Source of the DNA: Bugula neritina
Taxonomy: Eukaryota; Animalia; Bryozoa
DNA: 64,000 nt
NCBI GenBank assembly: GCA_964035545.1
Contig: OZ037765.1
Coordinates: forward strand, 124,001 to 188,000
Direction of reading: 5' to 3'
A model generated the notes under the pieces. The model ran no database searches. It was not told the origin of the DNA and worked only from the letters and a program-made list of their open reading frames with translations. Each line of letters opens with the position of its first letter. The first letter of the stretch is position 1. The position numbers were made by a program, and so were the translations under genes. This document shows positions 56,033-64,000 of the stretch, in pieces.

Positions 56033-56607
56033 CTCCCAACATCACAGGATAAGCGCAAGGAACCATTTTCCTACAACAAACTGTTCCCCAGAGAAAATGT
56101 TAATCACTAACCAATAGCATTGGAAGCTAATCATGTTAGCCTACATTCCAATAACATGAGATAATTTAGTTTATAGCCCGAGGGCTGAGCTACCAACTTG
56201 TTTGTAACTTGGTTGTGCCTTGAGCAGCTATTTCAAAACTCAACTTGGAATTGAGAAATTAATTGCATGTTTCAAGATGAGCATTGTTGGTCTGTTGACT
56301 GTGAGGCTGCCGTTACTAGTCAGCAAACATCTTGTAGTTATGTTACTCACATTCTACTTACACTCAGTTACTTACACTCAGTTACTTACGATCTCTACTA
56401 AGTATTGTACTTACATCAACATCCTGTTAAAAGCACTTGTAATTTGATTAGCATGTGAATTATGTTTTATAGAGAAAGTATTTTATTGGTTAATCAACTT
56501 ATTCTGTTCTCGGGAGAGTAAAAGCTGATGGATATTTAAAAGGACGTGTTTTGAGTTTAGCAGTTATGTAACATATGTAGTACTGCTGCCAAAGGTCAGC
56601 ACCTTAT

Positions 56608-57396
56608 CACGGGCTTTCCATGTACCGATCTCAGATCGATCTCAGCGGGATCGATCTGAGAAATGTGCTCAGCTCGATCATTTTTCCATGAGAGTGTCAG
56701 ATCGATCTCTCGGAGTTGCCTCCTCTTAGGTGAAGACTACTTTAATAGTATATTTTTTTCACTCACCTAAGTGATAAAAGCTACTGCTGTTGAAAAACAA
56801 AATTTTCATAGTCTAAAATTTAACGTCAGCTATAAACTCTACGCAGTAAAGCTTTCAATATGAAGTAATTTGGCCAATTTAAGATAATTTATTTTAATAT
56901 TTTAGCTTGGCAGCTTATATAAAATTAATAGCTGTTGTGCAGCTTATTCATAAACTTACGGGACTATTAGGCTTAAAATTACGCAGCAATTAACTAATGA
57001 CAGTGCGTTATACTGGTCGTTTAAATTCAATTTAAATGCTCTCACTTTTTGTATCTTCTACCGTCTATAATTTTACATAATTAAGTTTTCTTAATCATTT
57101 TACTAAAGGTCAAAGTTTTGTCACTTGAAAAAATGGCTATCCTAATTATTAAGTACTTTGCTTAGTAATTAACAATAAGTTATCATTTTCATTAGCAGAC
57201 AACATTTTAGCGAGCAGTCATTTTTCTACTTCCCGGATCGATCTTTCGTCTTTCCATGGTCTTATTGCTATGAGATCGATCTGAGTTCGAGCTCTACAGA
57301 CCGACCAGCTCAGAACGACTGAGATCGATCTTTGACGTCTTTCCATGGATCGATCTCCCTGAGATCGATCTGAGATCGGTACATGGAAAGCCGGTG
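56608..57396. mobile_element. MITE with 3-bp TAT TSD, inserted in a 39-bp tandem repeat
   Basis: ~50-bp TIR CAC(G/C)GGCTTTCCATGTACCGATCTCAGATCGATCTCAG; TAT at 56605-56607 and 57397-57399; the neighbouring repeat units show the empty site. Confidence 0.85.
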
Positions 57397-57976
57397 TATG
57401 TAGTATATGTAGTGCTGCTGTCAAAGGTCAGCACGTTATGTAATATATGTAGTGCTGCTGTCAAAGGTCAGCACGTTATGTAATATATGTAGTGCTGCTG
57501 TCAAAGGTCAGCAGGTTATGGGAAGTTGGAAGACAAGCTATATATACATAAACTAAAGTCGACTCTTTCATACCGTTGAATGCTTTCAGTGAATCCATAG
57601 CTTTGAATGATATGAAATTCTGACACCAGCTTATTATCTTGAATTAGAATATTAGAGGGTTGATTATCCCCCCCATCCTATCCTACAATAGGGGAAGCTT
57701 AGCTCTCCCACTATTCTATATAAAAGGCAGGGGCAGTAATGAACAAGAGGGCCTGTGTTATAGTAATACTCTCAGCTTACGCCTCAAACTAAAACCCAAA
57801 GATACTAAACACTCAGCTTAATGCATTTTCTTCACTACTTGACCGAAATGTCAGACTATGAAAGAGCACATAACTCCTTGTTTTGACTCCATAAGTGGCC
57901 AGCTGTTTGCTTTGAGTCCATCTGAGGTAGCAGCAGGTTATCTGATATTGTATTGATTTGTGTGTCGTACTACATG

Positions 57977-58266
57977 CAGTATAGTATATACAGAGTATTA
58001 TATTACAGTATAGTATATACAGAGTATTATACTACAGTATAGTATATACAGAGTATTATATTACAGTATAGTATATACAGAGTATTATATTACAGTATAG
58101 TATATACAGAGTATTATATTACAGTATAGTATATACAGAGTATTATACTACAGTATAGTATATGCACTATAGTGTAATATATTACAGAGTATATACAGAG
58201 TATAGTGTAATATATTACAGAGTATATACAGAGTATAGTGTAGTATATCACAGAGTATATACAGAG
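57977..58266. repeat. ~29-bp AT-rich minisatellite
   Basis: Unit AGTATAGTATATACAGAGTATTATATTAC. Confidence 0.88.
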
Positions 58267-58705
58267 GTATATTGAACAGCTAGAGCTAGAGTTGTGAACT
58301 TTTGACCTCATGTATTGATTCATCATATTATATCAAGTACTGAGTCACACCTGTTAACATGTGTCAACAGTCCATATAAGTGACTCCTTAGAGAGTTGTC
58401 TACTTCCTGACAAGGAAACTAATCCTTAAAAACATCAGTGAGAGATTCCATCACATGGCGTCTCACAGGAAGCTGAGGTGGCTTCATTTCGTACAACAAG
58501 TATAATTCTATTCAGTAGACTAAAGATAGCTGCAACAGATGTCCTAAATGACTCTTTACTCCTTTCACTACGCACTCTCACGCTATATAACACTGTAGAG
58601 ATAGTATATTATGTTGACATAGTACACTGTAGTGCTTACACTTCAGTGCTTACATGTGTTTATATTGTGCTTACAGGGTGCTGCCCTGTAAATACAAACA
58701 AACCA

Positions 58706-59338
58706 ATGGAAAGCCAGATAGAGCAGACGCCAGAAGATGCAGAAGAACATCAGACAGAACGCTCAAAGGCCGGATGCTATCAGTTCTTTGGTATCAAATC
58801 ACACTTACATCACTTCTACGACTACAACAACCACACCGATGACAGTAGCTCCGCCCACTTTCTTCTCAAACCGAAAAGATCCAAACGCTGCTCGCCAATT
58901 CTCTGGAAAGTCTTACTTTGGTTCGGCATCAACTCTTTGGTGTTCGGAGCCATCTTAATCCTAGTCAGTCACTTTACTCCACGGAAAGAAACTCTGCAGA
59001 CCTCCTCTGATGAAAGGTTTGCTCTCGTCGACAAAAAAGCATCTCGAGTGAATGCAACACTAGATATCTTAGCAACAGTGGGAGTTGTGTGCTTTTGTGT
59101 AGCCGGAACACTCGTTATAATAGCAATAGTCTTGCCGACTTACTTCAGTCAATACTGCTTTGAAGATCGTGACACGAATGAAGAGACTATGTCGTTGTAC
59201 TCGAGTGCGCCGTCCAACGAGCCGCGGAGTCCTGTTGAAAGGTCAGTACCGGCCACACAACTCATACGTAGCGTTCAACCTAAACGGCTGTCCAGTGAGT
59301 CTGGTGTGATTGACACCCGCTATGACCGTATTGAATAA
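58706..59338 (+). CDS. NRSN1: Neurensin-like two-TM vesicular membrane protein (single coding exon)
   Basis: ATG 58706 follows an acceptor near 58676. FGIKSHLHHFYD motif, two hydrophobic segments (VLLWFGINSLVFGAILILVS; ILATVGVVCFCVAGTLVIIAIVLP) and the VDKKASRVNATLD loop resemble neurensin. NRSN1 versus NRSN2 cannot be resolved. Confidence 0.8.
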   Translation: MESQIEQTPEDAEEHQTERSKAGCYQFFGIKSHLHHFYDYNNHTDDSSSAHFLLKPKRSKRCSPILWKVLLWFGINSLVFGAILILVSHFTPRKETLQTSSDERFALVDKKASRVNATLDILATVGVVCFCVAGTLVIIAIVLPTYFSQYCFEDRDTNEETMSLYSSAPSNEPRSPVERSVPATQLIRSVQPKRLSSESGVIDTRYDRIE

Positions 59339-59907
59339 TACTTGAAACTCAAACTACCTCCATATAGGCTACTAACTACTAGGAAATTGCTACACTATCA
59401 ATACAAGATTGACTCGATACAAATGAGCTGATCAGAGTGATTCCTTAAGACCACTGATGATGATGATGGTAGACTCAGTCATCAAGTTTATTATATTACA
59501 AAACGTATTTTTCCAAAAATAATTTTAAATTAAAATGGTTATTATATACAAAGTTGAAAAACATTAGCTTTGTTAGTTGAATTATGTAATATATATTGTT
59601 ACAAATTATTATTATATAGTTATATTGATAAAATATATTACAGCATGCGCCAGTATTATTCACTCACAGCTGCTTCATTTAGTTATTTTTATTATTTTTA
59701 GACTATGTCAATCAGTTAATGGAGTTGAATTTTGTCTGTTGAACATTTCATATTATAACTGAGTAATCAGCATCACTTTTGCACTTCTAATAGTAGAATG
59801 GAATACAGAAACAGAGCTTATAGTAACTATAACCAAATGTTTTCATAGACTTCCGGGAGTTCAGTGGGGAGGGGGTATACTGGCCCGTCTTCTGCACCGA
59901 GACTCTA

Positions 59908-62900
59908 CTAGATCCACTTCCTGCTATGATTGTATATAAATGATTCTTTTGAGTGCTTCACGGGATGGTAGGCTCCTAGAAATTTACATTGCAGTGATTG
60001 GCTAACTTATATTAACTACATTGCAGCGATTGGCTACTACTACATTATGTAATTAACATTGTGATTATTTGCACACATATTAGTTTATTATGGAAGTATT
60101 ACTAAAGGAAGGAGTTATCCTCTCATACTGATTGTTAGCTATAAACAGAGCTGCTATGGGTTGTCTAATAGCATATTGGTAGACAACTCTCATTACATTG
60201 CCTCGGTGCGACTTCAACTGTTAGCCAACGCCGACACATTTTAGGAACAACAATCTCACCTGGACCAGGGATAGTCTTGTCAGCGACCAGATCATGCCAT
60301 CTGCTGCTGCTCGACACAAACACTGAGGAGGACATGTAGTGTTTGGAGGGTCCCTCGTAGTCCCGCAAGTCATAAGCTCCTGGCCCTGGGGCTACAGGAG
60401 GAACTGGCACGGGCATAGCTGGGGCCGAGAGACAGAGGTAGTGCTTCTTTCTGCACAACACAAACAGTACTTACTAGTAGATAGTACTTACTAGTAGATA
60501 GTACTTACTAGTAGATAGTACTTACTAGTAGATAGTACTTACTAGTAGATAGTACTTACTAGTAGATAGTACTTACTAGTAGATAGTACTTACTAGTAGA
60601 TAGTACTTACTAGTAGATAGTACTCACTAGTAAATAGTCTCAATACTCACGGGTAGAGAGTCTTGTTGGCCGGGTCCACAGGCTCGTGGGGCTTGTATGT
60701 CCCGGGACCAGGGTTCTGCAAGACATGGAAGGAGTGAATATAAAACAAAAAAGAACATAATAAGGGGGAATTCAAGCTAAGCAGTTGCAGTATATCTAAT
60801 GTGATGAGCTTGAAAAGGAAATAAAGAGAGGCAACTCCAGTTCACCCAAACTATTATTCACTAGACTCTCCGAAACTTTCAACACTCGCAAGCAAACTGC
60901 ACAGACAAACAGACAGACATGCTTTTCAGTTTGGAGAACAAATGACAAACAAATAAATCATAACTCACTAAATTTTTGGGAAAGAAGTTGCGATCTCCTT
61001 TTGACTTGAAACTTGACTCATAGTAAACAGATTCGGGCTTCACGTTTTGGTCGTTGACTTCGTACTGCCCTGTGACAGAGAAGTCACAAGTATGAAGTAG
61101 ACGCATGGAAAGTGAGCTAGGATAAAAATAGTCTAATTTCTATACTTGCTACAGACCTGGGGCGGGGTTGCCTCTCTTGTCCACCAAACATGATTCTCGT
61201 TTCGTCTGTGATTTGAAAGCTGCACCAGCAGAAACATTGTTTACTTTTCCTTTAGGCACCATCTTAGGCTGTGAAGATACAGGAAACAGATAATTTATAG
61301 TATCTCTCTAGGAGTTGTCCACTCATGTGATTAGCATGTCATGTGAATAGCTGGTGTTTTAATCAATTACATAACCGTAGGTTTTCAAATCCATAAGAAA
61401 CAAAATTTAATTTCCGTTTAAAAAAAAAGACAAAAAAGAAGACAACGTTAAAATCTGAATAGAAAGTATAACAGCAGCTGATGACAAAAACACACTGCAT
61501 AGAGCCTCACATTATATGCTGCCGGTGAAGGCAGCACTTCCTGTCTGCTGTGGGACTGAGCTATAGGCTGATGAAAGTTACTAGTATTAGCCTTATTGAA
61601 GTCTGCTTTGCTCTGCAACAGGTTGGGTAGGGCGTACTTCCCTGGGCCCGGCCCGCTAGGCAGGTTGGTTCGAGCTACTCTCCTGTCTTTAGACGCGAAT
61701 CCTCCCAAACCTTTCTTACTGAAGGATTCGGGTTTTCCCACATAAGTGATGTGACCGACGTAGGACCCTGGGCCAGGGTTTTCATTCTGAAAATCATTTC
61801 AAAGCACATGACACTGAATCAACACAACCTAACTGCCTTGGACCAATCAGCATGCTGTACGGTCTCAGTGAACCAATCAGCATGTTGTACGGTCTCAGTG
61901 AACCAATCAGCATGTTGTACGGTCTCAGTTTATACAATCTATCAGAGTGAATGAGTGAGTGACTCACCAGCACATTATCTGAGAACCTTCTAGATTGGCC
62001 TAAGAACCCTTTCCTGTCGGAGTTGTCTGTCACAATAGTCTGATACTTTGTGGGAATTGACGACGTGGCTGCGATGACTCCATGGCCTGATGACAACAAA
62101 TAAATAACAATAAGCAAATAACCAAAATAATCGTTTTGATAATCAAATGAAGTCTTGAGAAAATTACTGCAAAGTTTGAACTTAAAATTGAAACCAAGCA
62201 GCCGCAATGTACAATAAACTGAATTATATTTACTCAAATATTACATACGAAAGCTCATATAATTTAAAATATTTGCCTAAACTTTCAGCCCTACTTGCTG
62301 TCACTAAATCTTACTACTGACAACTATCAATGTTGGGCAGACAAACTAAATGGATCACAGCAGCAATATACTGTTATCCCTTTACATGAGACACCATAAC
62401 ACACTCCACCAGTAAGTGTCAACCTCTCATCAGTAAGTGTCAACCTCTCAGCAGTAAGTGTCAACCTCTCATCAGTAAGTGTCAACCTCTCATTAGTGAG
62501 TGTCAACCTCTCATCAGTAAGTGTCAACCTCTCATCAGTAAGTGTCAACCTCTCATTAGTAAGTGTCAACCTCTCATCAGTAAGTGTCAACTTCTTATCA
62601 GTAAGTGTCAACCTCTCATCAGTAAGTATAAGTATAAATATTATATTTAATAATCATAATTATAATCTAAAGATTCAAAGTAGACTGAAAAGTAAATCAT
62701 GATGATGATGAATGTCAATACCAATATTATAATATATAATAATCATAATAATATTAAATTTAATAATCATACTGACTAACACATGCAAAAATTATAATTA
62801 TCACAATTATAGTAATAACCTAGTTTAATGACTAATCCCCTTACAACTTCACTTCTTGACAGTGACTAATTTTTATGTATAGTTATACTTATAGTTATTA

Positions 62901-63398
62901 GTTCTACTCAAGTTATAACTCTTAAAATAGATCTATTAGTATTTATACTTATATTTATAGCGAGTTATAGTAATAATACTGATACTAATACTAATAGTAA
63001 TAGTAATACCTATACAATAGTAATACTAATACTAATACTAATAGTTATACTTATTACTTGTAATAATAGCAATATTGATATTAATACTCATACGTTTCAA
63101 ATTTGTAACACTAATAGCAAAACTAGTACTGATACTAATACTAATACTAATACTAATAGTAATACTAATACTAATAGTAATAGTAATACTTTATTACTTA
63201 TACTAATAGAATTAGTATTGCCATAATGATGCCAAGTTTAGACAAAAAGAATAATCCTGCTAGTTACAGCAAAAAATATATAAAACAATTAAAAAAAATC
63301 ATCACGTATAATGTTTCACCTTTGTGAATTCTTCCAGCATAATTTGCATGAATTCTTTTTAGAACGTCTTCATTTACTACTTTCACGCTGTCCACCAT
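59908..63398 (-). CDS. STPG1: Sperm-tail PG-rich repeat protein 1 / O6-methylguanine-induced apoptosis 2 (MAPO2)
   Basis: Exons (approximate) 63320-63398 (less certain), 61968-62086, 61511-61787, 61158-61269, 60969-61069, 60651-60715, 60260-60450, 59908-59975. SSIPTKYQT..RKGF..RF, repeated PGPGxY motifs, KKHYLCLSAPAMP, C-terminal SFIYNHSRKWI. Confidence 0.88.
60466..60632. repeat. 17-bp minisatellite filling an STPG1 intron
   Basis: Unit AGTACTTACTAGTAGAT. Confidence 0.93.
62409..62626. repeat. 21-bp minisatellite CAGTAAGTGTCAACCTCTCAT in STPG1 intron 1
   Basis: Direct inspection. Confidence 0.92.
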
Positions 63399-64000
63399 GT
63401 TGGCAATTTCTATGACGACCGCAAGCTGTGGTGTCATCAAATACATTATTAACTTATAAACATATTTTTTTATTATCAAAATGTTTAAAATAAAACAAAT
63501 TGTATTATACATTTTCTGCTGATCAAAAAAAAGTCGAATTTTGTGAAACACACTTTTATTCCTCTACCGCTCCGTTTCCTTCAGTTTGAAGTTGAATAAT
63601 TTTTGTGTCTAACTCGAAGTCGAAGCCAATAGCAACTCGCCTCTAAATTTAACTCCTTTCCGCTCAACTTTTGATTTCTAAACATTCACTTTTAATCAAT
63701 TGTCATTTATTAGGTTTAAAATTGTAGTAGCTTGTTTTGTATTTTTAGTTACCCTGATTAGTTGTGAGTTTAAGTTGAACTCGAACTTGGGCTATACTGA
63801 TACTCAGTCTCACACTGACACTGATAGTGATACGTCTGTACTAATACGTAGGCAATAGTGAGTTGCACTCACACTGTCACAATTTTAGCTTGAATGTGGT
63901 GAGAACTGTAAGACAATAAGACATAAGTATAGCCATTACTAATAGTAATAGTGACTAATACTATAACTATAAGTATTAGTATAACTATAAGAATTTGTAT

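Noticed and set aside
58478-58705. N-terminal extension of the neurensin ORF
   Set aside because: It starts at a GTG and crosses an acceptor near 58676, so it is probably intron or UTR. ATG 58706 is preferred.

Overview
This is AT-rich animal (invertebrate, probably lophotrochozoan) nuclear DNA with GT-AG spliceosomal introns; it is not prokaryotic. Most long entries in the ORF track are artefacts of tandem repeats. I assembled seven genes by hand from splice sites and frame continuity; family assignments are from remembered homologues, not database searches. They are EFCAB7 (-, 17 coding exons, 5059-18991), two tandem RING/TRIM-like beta-propeller paralogues (-, 24710-27880 and 29419-31683), an NCKAP5-like coiled-coil gene (-, 33893-41955), MYSM1 (+, 18 exons, 45109-54034), a neurensin-like gene (+, 58706-59338) and STPG1 (-, 59908-63398). 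Eight non-autonomous TIR elements were delimited, most with a visible target-site duplication (TSD), including a nested pair. The most striking pattern is that most introns of EFCAB7, MYSM1 and the NCKAP5-like gene (and several of STPG1) carry a private minisatellite anchored at a splice site. Several repeat units contain the splice site itself plus exon bases, producing arrays of decoy donors or acceptors. The second highlight is the TRIM-like pair: copy 2 has lost its B-boxes and coiled coil through an in-frame microhomology deletion, and the copies differ mainly in clustered propeller residues while their last intron is nearly identical.
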